DNA of 64,000 nt from an uncultured Gammaproteobacteria bacterium. Its GTDB lineage: Bacteria; Patescibacteriota; Microgenomatia; UBA10105; UBA927. The stretch covers positions 14,589-78,588 of the forward strand of contig CAZUOM010000003.1 of assembly GCA_964621305.1 (NCBI GenBank). Reading direction: 5' to 3'. Both the position numbers and the translations under genes were made by a program. This document shows positions 1 through 9,105 of this stretch, one piece after another (position 1 is the first letter of the stretch; each line of letters opens with the position of its first letter). The notes beneath the pieces were generated by a model. The model did no database searches and was not told the origin of the DNA. It saw only the letters and a program-made list of their open reading frames with translations.

Positions 1-565
1 TACCGTTATGAGACAGAATCAAAAAACTCCAGAGTATTGCCGTCCGGAGTTTTGCGGTTACAGACGTTTGGACAGTGGACGATTCAAGACTGAAAAACAA
101 CCACGGAAGGATGGCTAGTGCAACTAACTCACCGATGTCTCCTCGTACATAGAGGTTGAGAAAGTGATAGGGTGCAAGCCCGTACGCGATGCCTGCCGCA
201 AGTGCTGACAAAGTATCGACATGCCGAAGCAACCAGAGGTACATTCCTGTACCAGAGAGTATGAAAGCAAAACCGATAAGTATTTTGAATACAGTTTCAT
301 ATTCGATAGGCAAAAAAGAAATTGCCCCGGCGATGTAGCCGGGTAAGGGATAGAAAAAATTAAACACAGGGGTGCCATAGCGATAATTGATGTTCCCCGC
401 CCAGCGTGGCGGGAAGTGGCCGTCGGCAAACGCTTGTCGATATGCAGCAAATCGCGCGACGTGGTTTTCGCCATCGTGACTACGGTAGAAGCCGGGCTCA
501 AAGAGCGGTTTAAGGAAGAAAAGATGGACGAGAGCGACGGCGAGAACTAACTATGCTGGTTTCAT
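1..565 (-). CDS. YfhO-like polytopic membrane protein (short-type paralog), N-terminal part; CDS continues beyond window start. ATG at 565..563 is followed by in-frame TAG at codon 5 (possible pseudogene, sequencing error or unrecognised start)
   Basis: Minus-strand frame encodes MKPA*LVLAVALVHLFFLKPLFEPGFYRSHDGENHVARFAAYRQAFADGHFPPRWAGNINYRYGTPVFNFFYPLPGY..., matching the N-terminal HDG...H..R...PRWAG.LN.GYG.P.FNF motif of paralogs at 4546..6150, 13834..15480 and 17897..19549. The ORF-track entry 124..501 is in a different, non-homologous frame. Confidence 0.5.
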
Positions 566-569
566 ACGC

Positions 570-2216
570 TTACCGTGATGCGTTGACGATACCAAAATGT
601 GCCAGTTTTTCGGTTGATCGAATTGACTGGGGAATATCGTCGAAAAAATCAACCAAGAGGGAGCGCGTTTGGCCCATCTCACTCGTCCAATCTATGGGAC
701 GGAAGGTAAAGCGATCAAAGCTTTTGACGTGATAAAAGGCATCTGCCGTAAGCGGGTAGCGAACTGCGCTTTGTTGATACAGATGTGGTGGGTAGCTCGT
801 GTAAAACAGGAGAAATATATACGGTGAGTACTCCGGGTGTGTGATAACGACTGGTTTTTGTCGATATTCTTCTTGCAAAATCAGATCCGTCAATTTTTTA
901 TACGGGGCTCCCCAGTGACTGGCTTCATTTTTGGGGAAGTTGACGAAATACTGGTTTAGGTAGTAGCTAATGTTGAGAAGAAACACGATGCTGACAATGA
1001 TGATACCGGCCTTTTGGATCTGTGGCTTTTGCAGCGTCTTTAGTAGCGTCATGATGCCGATGGCAGTGAGAATCGGTGGTAGTGGGTAGATGGGGAACAT
1101 ACGATTGGTGTGGGGTGCATCCTTGGTGATGCTTGCCGCTATCGGACTTATGAAAATCCACCAGAGGAGAAACGTGTAAGGAAGTTTTTTTCTTTTCTGT
1201 ATAAGGATAAGAATCCCAAGGTAAAAGAATACTGCCTCAACCACGTAAAGGTTTCCCATGCCTTCGATATTGTGCGCGCGATTGGTGCCGCCACGGAGAA
1301 ATAGGAACGTGGGTCCAAAGGAGGCAAGGTAGTTTCTGGTTACTGTTTGGATGACGTAGGTTACGCGGTTATATCGCAGTCGTGTTATTAACGCATTTGG
1401 GTTGCCGCTTGAGAGCCTCGGTAGTTCAATTTTTGCGTGAATGACGGACGGATCGCCAAAGATACTTATACCAGCAAGCTTCGTCCTATCCGCATTATGG
1501 AAAGTTTTAGAGAGGATCCCGGCTGGTAAGGTTACGAGGATGATGAGAGCAACTAGGGAAAAACGATTCCGCGGTATTTGACTCCTGAACAAAACTACAA
1601 GTCCTGCAATAAGGAGAGAACTTGCAACGTGGTTGCCGTGGTAGGTGAAGTACGGCAGTGTGAGAAACAAAGCAGAGAACGGAAGCACCCTATGTTGTTT
1701 GAGTCCTTTGAAGAACAGGAGAAGTCCGACAGTAGTCAAAAAAACGGCGACGTTGGACTCAGACTCAACTCGTGAGAGGTGGAGGTGCCAGGGGGAGATG
1801 GCCAACAACAGCGAAGCTGTTATTGGAATGCCAAATGACCAATGCCAAATGTCAAATAAATCTTTTTTATTACGAAAAAGTTCCTTTACTAAAAAAAACG
1901 TTATGAATACAGTAAGTGTTCCGGCAATTGCAGATGGAAGGCGGACGGCGAGTTCAGTTAAACCGAATATCGCTACAAACGGCATGGTGGTATAGATATA
2001 GAGCGGGAGCTTCCAGTCGCCGAAAGATTGAAAGGAGATTGGCCATGACCTGCCGTATTCATCTTTGCCGGTTGTGATAAGCGAATATGCGCTGTAGCCG
2101 ATGGATGCTTCGTCGCGATTGACTCCGGGTGGGATCGTGTCAAGCTTATAGAGACGAAGGAAGGACGCTACTAGCGTTATGACAAAAAGAAGGGAGAGAA
2201 TAAATTTTGATTTCAT
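570..2216 (-). CDS. GT39/PMT_2 (ArnT-like) polytopic membrane glycosyltransferase, paralog 1
   Basis: 548-aa ORF. N-terminal RLYKLD..P.G..RDEA.IGYSAYSL..TGKDEYG plus KLPLY motif and C-terminal FRPIDW are shared with 7462..9105, 9106..10788 and 10785..12347. Multi-TM hydrophobic profile. Confidence 0.7.
   Translation of the reverse strand: MKSKFILSLLFVITLVASFLRLYKLDTIPPGVNRDEASIGYSAYSLITTGKDEYGRSWPISFQSFGDWKLPLYIYTTMPFVAIFGLTELAVRLPSAIAGTLTVFITFFLVKELFRNKKDLFDIWHWSFGIPITASLLLAISPWHLHLSRVESESNVAVFLTTVGLLLFFKGLKQHRVLPFSALFLTLPYFTYHGNHVASSLLIAGLVVLFRSQIPRNRFSLVALIILVTLPAGILSKTFHNADRTKLAGISIFGDPSVIHAKIELPRLSSGNPNALITRLRYNRVTYVIQTVTRNYLASFGPTFLFLRGGTNRAHNIEGMGNLYVVEAVFFYLGILILIQKRKKLPYTFLLWWIFISPIAASITKDAPHTNRMFPIYPLPPILTAIGIMTLLKTLQKPQIQKAGIIIVSIVFLLNISYYLNQYFVNFPKNEASHWGAPYKKLTDLILQEEYRQKPVVITHPEYSPYIFLLFYTSYPPHLYQQSAVRYPLTADAFYHVKSFDRFTFRPIDWTSEMGQTRSLLVDFFDDIPQSIRSTEKLAHFGIVNASR
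1788..1907. repeat. 120-bp inverted repeat copy A (inside GT39 paralog 1, minus strand)
   Basis: 119/120 nt identical to the reverse complement of 7771..7890. Both encode the same 40-aa block; antisense ORFs 1645..1995(+) and 7683..7994(-) are mirror artefacts of this repeat. Confidence 0.85.
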
Positions 2217-4573
2217 GCGTTTCTTTTATATCGCAGCTTGCGTAAAACAATAAGCGTTATCACGATGCTTACGAGAGTTACCACCTTCCCAATTTTTACC
2301 GAAAGCGGGTCGTAGATGAAAAAAATCGAATGTTTTCCAGCCGGTACATAAACCGCGCGAAAAGCGAAGTCAGCCCTAAGAATCGGTGTTTGGGTTCCGT
2401 CGATGGTGGCTTTCCAGCCCGGATAGAAGCTATCGGAGAGAAACAACAGTTGCGGTGCCACGTCTTCCGTTTCTATATCAACTTTTGTCGGAGAGTAGTG
2501 AGAAACTTTCACATCTTTTCGCGTTCCCGGCTCGACTGGTTTTTCGATGACAGAAGACAGGAGGATAGTATCCTTGGGGGAAAAGGAGGGGTCAAAAAAA
2601 CGATGGGAGAACTCCTCCTTAGACTGGTATGTTTCATACTTGCCGGAAAGAAACGCTCTAGGGAGCGCGTTTATATTTTTATACAAAATCCATCCACTAG
2701 ACCCCTCTGTAACAGTAAATTGTGAGGGAGGGATGGTTTTCTCTGAATTGTTATTTTCCACGTGATCTAAGAGAAAGCGAGTACCTAAAAGGTTAAGGAT
2801 TCGCAGGCGATAGTGATTGACAGCAAGATCGCCACCGTCCGTTGGAGCAAGGCGCGCATCAGAGCGCGTATCCCGGCTGAAACGCTCAAGAAGTCTGCCG
2901 TCATCGCTAGCGTGAATAAACTCGCCGTACCAGCGCGGGTAGAGGGGGTCATACCCCTCGGCAGAAAAGATTCGGTACTGGGTTGGGAAATTTGCCTCGA
3001 TGGTCGCGCTACCGAACGACCAAAAGCGGTCGATGCCAGTTTTTTCCCTTATGGTTTTTAAAATAGGAACCAATGGAAAGACGAGCTCTTTTGGCACAAA
3101 GGGGTTGAATTTTTGGAACGATTGCCACAACTGTACAACATGGACTAGAAGGAGCATTCCTAAAATCACTGGTGCGTATTTTGGTTTCTTGGACCAAAGC
3201 AGAAGGAGAAAAATGGATGTAACCAGAATGGTTGAGGTTATAAGAAGTGGATTTATTTGGAGTAATTTCGGACCAGTTGCGACGACAATCCAGAGAAGGG
3301 TCGTGATGACGACCAGAGGGGTTCCCGCAGTAAGCACGCTAGCGACCTTTAGCCGATTTTTCATCCATGCATCAAGGCCGAAACCCGCAGCTAGTGCAAG
3401 AGATAACTGAAAAAGGAATACCACAAGCGTTGGGCTGCCAGACGAAAGAATTGGGAGGTTAAGTCGATAGACTAACTCAGTTGCCGGATTTCGGGTGATA
3501 AAGATAAGGATGACCCCGCTGGCTACAAGAAAAAATTTAGCTAGCCGATCCAACTTCTGAAAAAGGAGCAGACAAACAAAAATGAGTGGAATCAAACCGA
3601 TGTTGGTAACTTTTCCCACATACGTGTCGGATGGCCAATAGGAGCGGGTTGCCGGGTTTCCAAATAAATCTTGCACCAGGAGCATGATAAGCTGCCATGG
3701 TTGAATAAGAACTTTGTTCAATATTTCGTTGACATCCAGTGGAGTCCTTGCCGAGTAAAGAATAAGCTCAATACCTGGAATTAACTGCACTGCAGCAACT
3801 CCAATTGATAAGATCATAAAGACTAGTACCTTTGCACTCTGCTTTAGTGCCGGTAGCCTGAACCAGGCATAGATTGCGGTAAAGAGGAATGCGTAAAAGG
3901 CCAACTGCGGATGTCCAGCCAAAAGTGAAAAAGTTAATCCGATGGCTAGGATTGCCCACCATTTCGTTACTGTTTGCTCCCTTATTCCTTCGATTGCCAA
4001 AAGCAACAAAGGCAACCAGGCGACAACGTGGCCTATGGTGTTGTACTCGATCCAGACGGTCATAAATGACCCGAAGGCGTAAGAAAGCGCAGATAACCAT
4101 GAAGCAGGCGGCGACAGTCTAATTTTTCGACAATAAAGATAAAGGAATACCAACGCCAGAGTAGGCTGCACGACAACCAGGATGGACCAGGCGAGGGGAT
4201 CAGGGAAGAAAAAGAAAAGGATGTTAAGTGGATAGAGTGCGGCGGATTGGAAGTTGGCAAGCAGTGGGCTGCCGGAAAAATTGTATGGATTCCAAAGTGG
4301 TAGTTTGCCTTCTTTAAGCAAATGTACAGAAAGCGACCTCCATGGGTAGAGCTGTCGAAGCACGTCAAAATATTGTGCCTTGTGTGGGTAGGAGCCAGGA
4401 TTGTAGCCCAGGAAAGAATAGTTTCTCCACGGCCGATACTCAGAGATAAGAAGATCACCCGGAAACGGTAGATGACCAAAGAGGAACGTTTTGTAAAAAA
4501 ATATGGCGATTGCGGCACAAATAATCGCGACTGGGACAAATCGTTTCATATTTTTCTTTTTCGGAAAATCCAT
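2213..4573 (-). CDS. YfhO-family polytopic membrane protein (long form, 786 aa)
   Basis: N-terminal LPFPGDLL...PLWNPYNFSGSPLLANFQSAALYPLN and C-terminal FYPGWKATIDG are typical of the YfhO family. Start overlaps the stop of 570..2216 (ATGA). Many TM segments. Confidence 0.7.
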   Translation of the reverse strand: MDFPKKKNMKRFVPVAIICAAIAIFFYKTFLFGHLPFPGDLLISEYRPWRNYSFLGYNPGSYPHKAQYFDVLRQLYPWRSLSVHLLKEGKLPLWNPYNFSGSPLLANFQSAALYPLNILFFFFPDPLAWSILVVVQPTLALVFLYLYCRKIRLSPPASWLSALSYAFGSFMTVWIEYNTIGHVVAWLPLLLLAIEGIREQTVTKWWAILAIGLTFSLLAGHPQLAFYAFLFTAIYAWFRLPALKQSAKVLVFMILSIGVAAVQLIPGIELILYSARTPLDVNEILNKVLIQPWQLIMLLVQDLFGNPATRSYWPSDTYVGKVTNIGLIPLIFVCLLLFQKLDRLAKFFLVASGVILIFITRNPATELVYRLNLPILSSGSPTLVVFLFQLSLALAAGFGLDAWMKNRLKVASVLTAGTPLVVITTLLWIVVATGPKLLQINPLLITSTILVTSIFLLLLWSKKPKYAPVILGMLLLVHVVQLWQSFQKFNPFVPKELVFPLVPILKTIREKTGIDRFWSFGSATIEANFPTQYRIFSAEGYDPLYPRWYGEFIHASDDGRLLERFSRDTRSDARLAPTDGGDLAVNHYRLRILNLLGTRFLLDHVENNNSEKTIPPSQFTVTEGSSGWILYKNINALPRAFLSGKYETYQSKEEFSHRFFDPSFSPKDTILLSSVIEKPVEPGTRKDVKVSHYSPTKVDIETEDVAPQLLFLSDSFYPGWKATIDGTQTPILRADFAFRAVYVPAGKHSIFFIYDPLSVKIGKVVTLVSIVITLIVLRKLRYKRNA

Positions 4574-6150
4574 AAGAGTGCTAGCGCAGCCAGAGTGGTT
4601 GCGGAAAGAAGCTCACCCAGGAGTTGGACCTTGCTTTTTTCAAAAGAGACCTTTACGCGGTGAGATCCTTCAGGAACGATATACGTGATCAACCCGCGCC
4701 AATTTTGATCTTGGAATTCGATCGGCACTTTTACGCGATCGACATATACTCGCCAGCCTGGAAAATACTGGGTGTGATCCACGAGACGCACGCCGCTTGC
4801 GGCGCGAACTGTGTAGGTGTGGAGGTTTGAGCGCTTCATAATATTTTCGACCTGGCCTTTTCCTTCAACGATTTCTGCTGGCGCGTTCGGGTACCTCTTG
4901 GCCGGGCCGGCTGACCAGATGAGATCAGTTTCGCCGAAGTAGGTCGTGTTGAGGGGATAGTTCCAGAATTGCGCCTCATTGGTGAGGCGATCATATCCAA
5001 GCGGTGGCTTCCAAAAGGCGACAGTTGCAAGGACGGCTAGACCTAGGAAAATAGGAAAACTTTTTTGAAACCACTTGAATTCAAACAGGAACCGTGCTGA
5101 AAGCGCACTTAGCAATAAAACGACTGATAAAAATCGCCAGGGGAACTGAAATTGGCGAAGGAATGCGATATTCTCCCAGGCGGATCTGGATATTTCAGTC
5201 ATGAAAACAACTGAACCGGCAAAAAGCAAAAGACAGAAGGCAAAAAGTCGTCGAAGGACTTTATCTTTTTTCTTCCGAAAAAAGAAAAGAACTGTCGCTG
5301 CTAGCGCAACAGTCTGGGCAAGTCCAATTTGCACAGAAACCCCACCGACATGAAACGCAGGGTCGTTAGTAATGTTTGGGAAAAGAAGAGGAGCGAGGGG
5401 CACGAAGTGTGTTTTATACAGGTCTTTCATGAAGAGGTTTCCGTAGGTGTACTTGTGTTCGAAAAGAGCCGGTAGCCAATAGAAGGAAGAGAGAAGAAGT
5501 CCAACGAGGAGCGCTGTTGCGGCAATTACAAACACGCGCTTCTTTTTGGCAAAAAAGAGGGAGAAAGCTATGCAAATACCAAAATAAACCAGGCTCACTG
5601 AGTTGTGGGAAATAATAAGAAGAAAACTTCCAACCGCGGTCAAAAGGAGATACCTAGGGAGAAAACTTTCCATAAGGCGAGTGATGCCCAGGAGCGTTAA
5701 CGGAAGAAAAGTATAGGTAAAAAGCTCGCCGAAGCTTCCGCGTACGGCAAGTTCCACCAGTCTAAATGGCGCAAATTGATACAGAACGGTTGTGACAAGT
5801 GCAACGTTTTCGTTTTTGAAAAACGCTTTGGCAAATTGGTACATAAAAACGCCAGCGGCAAGGTAGCTTATTGCCATAACCAGCTTGAATGTGGTCACGA
5901 GCCCCACCCCGAGGGCAAGAAACAGTGAGGAGACCAAATACGGCGTGTGATAGATGAAGTTAAATAGTGGCAGTCCGTAACCGTAGTTGAGGTCCCCTGC
6001 CCAGCGGGGTAGGATCTGCCAGTCAACGAGAGCCTTGTAGTATGCCGCCATCCGCGCCAGATGCACCGGCCCGTCGTGAGTATGTGGGAGATCGGAAGTT
6101 ACGAAGAAGCTAATGAGAGGGACAGATGAAAGGAAGAGAATTAATTTCAT
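4546..6150 (-). CDS. YfhO-like short-type polytopic membrane protein
   Basis: 534 aa. N-terminal THDGPVHLARMAAYY..PRWAGDLNYGYGLPLFNF and C-terminal YFPGWRVYVDRV resemble YfhO termini and the paralogs at 13834 and 17897. Confidence 0.65.
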   Translation of the reverse strand: MKLILFLSSVPLISFFVTSDLPHTHDGPVHLARMAAYYKALVDWQILPRWAGDLNYGYGLPLFNFIYHTPYLVSSLFLALGVGLVTTFKLVMAISYLAAGVFMYQFAKAFFKNENVALVTTVLYQFAPFRLVELAVRGSFGELFTYTFLPLTLLGITRLMESFLPRYLLLTAVGSFLLIISHNSVSLVYFGICIAFSLFFAKKKRVFVIAATALLVGLLLSSFYWLPALFEHKYTYGNLFMKDLYKTHFVPLAPLLFPNITNDPAFHVGGVSVQIGLAQTVALAATVLFFFRKKKDKVLRRLFAFCLLLFAGSVVFMTEISRSAWENIAFLRQFQFPWRFLSVVLLLSALSARFLFEFKWFQKSFPIFLGLAVLATVAFWKPPLGYDRLTNEAQFWNYPLNTTYFGETDLIWSAGPAKRYPNAPAEIVEGKGQVENIMKRSNLHTYTVRAASGVRLVDHTQYFPGWRVYVDRVKVPIEFQDQNWRGLITYIVPEGSHRVKVSFEKSKVQLLGELLSATTLAALALLWIFRKRKI

Positions 6151-6209
6151 GTCCCTATACTACATCATCAGTTGGCGGCGACACCACTTTTTCGATACAA
6201 TGGATTTGT

Positions 6210-7469
6210 ATGGGCTGGGGGATGATATCTTCGCTACTCCTTGCCGTTTTTTCCATTCCGGTGGTTACGGCCTATCGGATAGCTCCGATTGAGGGAACAC
6301 CCTATTGGCTCTTTGGCTTTCTCTTTTTGTTCCTCATGTGGAACCTTGTGATTTACCTATCTCCAACATTGCTTCCCACCTGGTTGAAAACTCAAAAAGT
6401 ACGATTAGCCCTTCTTGCGGCTTGCGTTTCCATCGTTTTGGGGGGAGCAACATGGACTGCAGTTGTCGATCGGTCGCGCGTTGCACCGGTGTATGGCGTC
6501 CATGACATTATTCTCCAGCAGGAAGCAGCTATGCGATATCTCTTGGCCGGTAAAAATCCGTATAAAGAAAAGTACTTTGGGACACCGGTTGAACAGTTTA
6601 ATTATGATGAGCCGGGAAACACCGAGGCTATCAATCCGGCACTCTTTCACTTCGTCATGCCGCCTTGGTATCTCTTATTCCCCATAGGGATTTATTTTTT
6701 AACTACACCAATCCTGGGATACTTCGATGGACGAATGGCTCTTCTTGTTGCGGCCTTTGGATTGCTTTTGGTAGTTTGGAGATGGTTTCGCAATCGGGAA
6801 ATTGCCAGCCTTGCCATTGTCACCGCGGTACTTTCACCGGCAACCGTGCATTTTGCCATTGAAGGCAGAAGTGACATATTTGCCCTCTTTTGGTTCGTAT
6901 GGGCGCTTTACCTACTTGACCGAAACCGGATTTGGTCCTCTGCCATTATGTTTGGATTAGCGCTCATGAGCAAGCAGACGATCTGGTTTGCCGCGCCAGT
7001 GTACCTGGCACTTTTGGTATTTAGTAAACGCTCAACAAAACAAGTTGTAACAGCTGTTGGCGTGGTTGCTATGGTTGTGCTAATTCTGGCAGCGCCCTTT
7101 ATTCTCTGGGATGCGAATGCATTCATTGACAGCACCGTTCTGTATCTTTCTGGGGCAGCAGCTGGGAGTTATCCCGTATCTGGTTATGGGCTGGGGATGC
7201 TGCTTACCCAACTAGGCGTAATTAAAGATATTCACGGCTATTACCCGTTCATCATCTGGCAGATAGTTTTTGGATTGCCATGGCTTTTCGTACTTCTCCG
7301 TTGGTTCCGTCAAAAACCGACCAGCGGCCGCTTACTGGTTGCCTACGCACTTTTCCTCTCTGTCATGTGGTACATGAGCCGATACTTTAATAACAGTCAC
7401 CTGGGATATCTATCAACCGTGTTCGCCCTCGGCGGATTAAAGATATTCGACGAGGAACACCATGACTAG
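6210..7469 (+). CDS. Integral membrane protein, possibly DUF2029/GT87-like glycosyltransferase
   Basis: Long multi-TM ORF. The ORF track starts at 6126 and would overlap the divergent start of 4546..6150, so an in-frame ATG at 6210 (MGWGMISS...) is preferred. Weak resemblance to 16813..17931. Confidence 0.5.
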   Translation: MGWGMISSLLLAVFSIPVVTAYRIAPIEGTPYWLFGFLFLFLMWNLVIYLSPTLLPTWLKTQKVRLALLAACVSIVLGGATWTAVVDRSRVAPVYGVHDIILQQEAAMRYLLAGKNPYKEKYFGTPVEQFNYDEPGNTEAINPALFHFVMPPWYLLFPIGIYFLTTPILGYFDGRMALLVAAFGLLLVVWRWFRNREIASLAIVTAVLSPATVHFAIEGRSDIFALFWFVWALYLLDRNRIWSSAIMFGLALMSKQTIWFAAPVYLALLVFSKRSTKQVVTAVGVVAMVVLILAAPFILWDANAFIDSTVLYLSGAAAGSYPVSGYGLGMLLTQLGVIKDIHGYYPFIIWQIVFGLPWLFVLLRWFRQKPTSGRLLVAYALFLSVMWYMSRYFNNSHLGYLSTVFALGGLKIFDEEHHD

Positions 7470-9105
7470 GTCAACGAAAATATTGCTCGTTGCGATTGTC
7501 CTTCTCTCTTTTTTTCTTCGTTTTTACAAGGTAACAGAGAACCCGCCGTCTCTATCGTGGGATGAAGTGTCTATTGGTTACAACGCCTACAGCATCCTCA
7601 AAAGTGGCCGCGACGAGCACGGGAGATTTCTTCCGCTGGACACCTTTGTTGCCTACGGAGATTACAAGCCACCACTGTCAATCTATGCTACTGTACCATT
7701 TGTTGCACTACTGGGACTCAACGAACTTGCCGTACGATTACCCTCCGTTATCGCAGGAACACTAACAGTTTTCATAACGTTTTTTTTAGTAAAGGAACTT
7801 TTTCGTAATAAAAAAGATTTATTTGACATTTGGCATTGGTCATTTGGCATTCCAATAACAGCTTCGCTGTTGTTGGCCATCTCTCCCTGGCATATTCTTC
7901 TCTCACGTGCCGGTTTTGAAGCAAACATCGCATTATTTTTCGTCGTCGTCGGTGTGTATCTCGTTTTGCGCGCACGAGACGACCCAAGGCTCATTCATTT
8001 TTGTTGGTTGCCATTTGTTGCAGGGGTTTACACCTTCAACAGCACACGTTACTTCGTCCTTCTTATGGCGGCGGGACTGGTTGTTTTCTGCCGTCACCAA
8101 TTTCTCAAAAACAAACGACAACTAGTTACGGGAGCTCTAGTTGCATTAATAGCACTTCTTCCGATTGCACCGCACCTGGTTTCCAAAGAGTCACGTCTTC
8201 GTTTTGACGAAGTGAGCATTTTCAACGAGCTGGAGTTAATTTTGCGATCAAATGAGCGAGCGGCGGTAGACGGTAGTCCGTGGTGGGGGAGGATCCTACA
8301 CAACCGGAGAATTGGCTATATGCGAAGTTACCTTACCCACTTTTTTGATCATCTCGAGCCGCGGTTTTTGTTTATTGCCGGAGATGGCAATCCAAAGTTT
8401 TCCATCCAGGAGGTTGGCCAGCTCTATTGGGTGGAAGCACCTTTGCTTTTGGTTGGGATATTTTTGCTGTTTCGCTCCAACAAAGGTATAGCAACACTTC
8501 TTTTGTTTTGGCTGCTGGCAGCTATTGTGCCCGCAGCAGTTGCTCGGCAGACTCCGCATGCGCTGCGGATAGAGAATAGCTTGCCGACGTGGCAGATTAT
8601 AATAGCGTTTGCGATAATTTCAAATTTCAAATTTCAAATTTCAAATTGGAAGAAAAATTCAATGAGGATATTGATTATTGGAGCTTACCTATTTAACTTT
8701 TTGTACTTTTGGCACCATTATATGGCCCATTACCCGAAGGATTATTCCGGAGAATGGCAGTATGGATATCGGGAGGCCATCAGTTTTGTATCCGGAATAA
8801 AAGATCAATACGACACGATTGTTATTTCCGAAAGCATTGGCAGGCCCTACGCGTATGTCCTGTTTTACGAGCGGACTGACCCAAAAACATATTGGGATAC
8901 AAAGAACTCAACATTTGATGCTAGTGGATTTTATCTTGTTTTTGGCTTTGACAAGTATCGTTTCACCCGCGTCGGTGTGGAAGAAGGAAAATACAAAGGT
9001 CGAGTTTTGTATGTTCTTCCTCCACATGAAGTACCCGCTGACGCGCGCATACTTGCCAGTGTGAAGCGGTTGAACGGGGAACACGCACTTGTGGTATTTG
9101 ACTAA
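7462..9105 (+). CDS. GT39/PMT_2 (ArnT-like) membrane glycosyltransferase, paralog 2
   Basis: 547 aa. Shares the N-terminal motif and a 48-aa identical block (IAGTLTVFITFFLVKELFRNKKDLFDIWHWSFGIPITASLLLAISPWH) with 570..2216. C-terminal FTRVGVEEG region is family-like. Confidence 0.7.
   Translation: MTRSTKILLVAIVLLSFFLRFYKVTENPPSLSWDEVSIGYNAYSILKSGRDEHGRFLPLDTFVAYGDYKPPLSIYATVPFVALLGLNELAVRLPSVIAGTLTVFITFFLVKELFRNKKDLFDIWHWSFGIPITASLLLAISPWHILLSRAGFEANIALFFVVVGVYLVLRARDDPRLIHFCWLPFVAGVYTFNSTRYFVLLMAAGLVVFCRHQFLKNKRQLVTGALVALIALLPIAPHLVSKESRLRFDEVSIFNELELILRSNERAAVDGSPWWGRILHNRRIGYMRSYLTHFFDHLEPRFLFIAGDGNPKFSIQEVGQLYWVEAPLLLVGIFLLFRSNKGIATLLLFWLLAAIVPAAVARQTPHALRIENSLPTWQIIIAFAIISNFKFQISNWKKNSMRILIIGAYLFNFLYFWHHYMAHYPKDYSGEWQYGYREAISFVSGIKDQYDTIVISESIGRPYAYVLFYERTDPKTYWDTKNSTFDASGFYLVFGFDKYRFTRVGVEEGKYKGRVLYVLPPHEVPADARILASVKRLNGEHALVVFD
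7771..7890. repeat. 120-bp inverted repeat copy B (inside GT39 paralog 2, plus strand)
   Basis: See 1788..1907. The single mismatch is ccagggGgag versus ccagggAgag. Confidence 0.85.
8617..8644 (+). repeat. Heptanucleotide tandem repeat (atttcaa)x4 inside GT39 paralog 2 CDS
   Basis: Directly visible as atttcaaatttcaaatttcaaatttcaa, encoding ISNFKFQISN in a loop inserted relative to paralogs 1 and 4. Confidence 0.8.

Noticed and set aside
124-501. ORF-track 125-aa minus-strand ORF
   Set aside because: It is in the wrong frame relative to the clearly homologous YfhO-like reading frame on the same strand (…HDGENHVARF…PRWAGNINYRYG…) and its sequence is not protein-like.
1645-1995. Plus-strand 116-aa ORF, and its twin 7683..7994 on the minus strand
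   Set aside because: These are antisense translations of the 120-bp inverted repeat inside the two GT39 genes. They share an identical peptide only because the underlying DNA is repeated.
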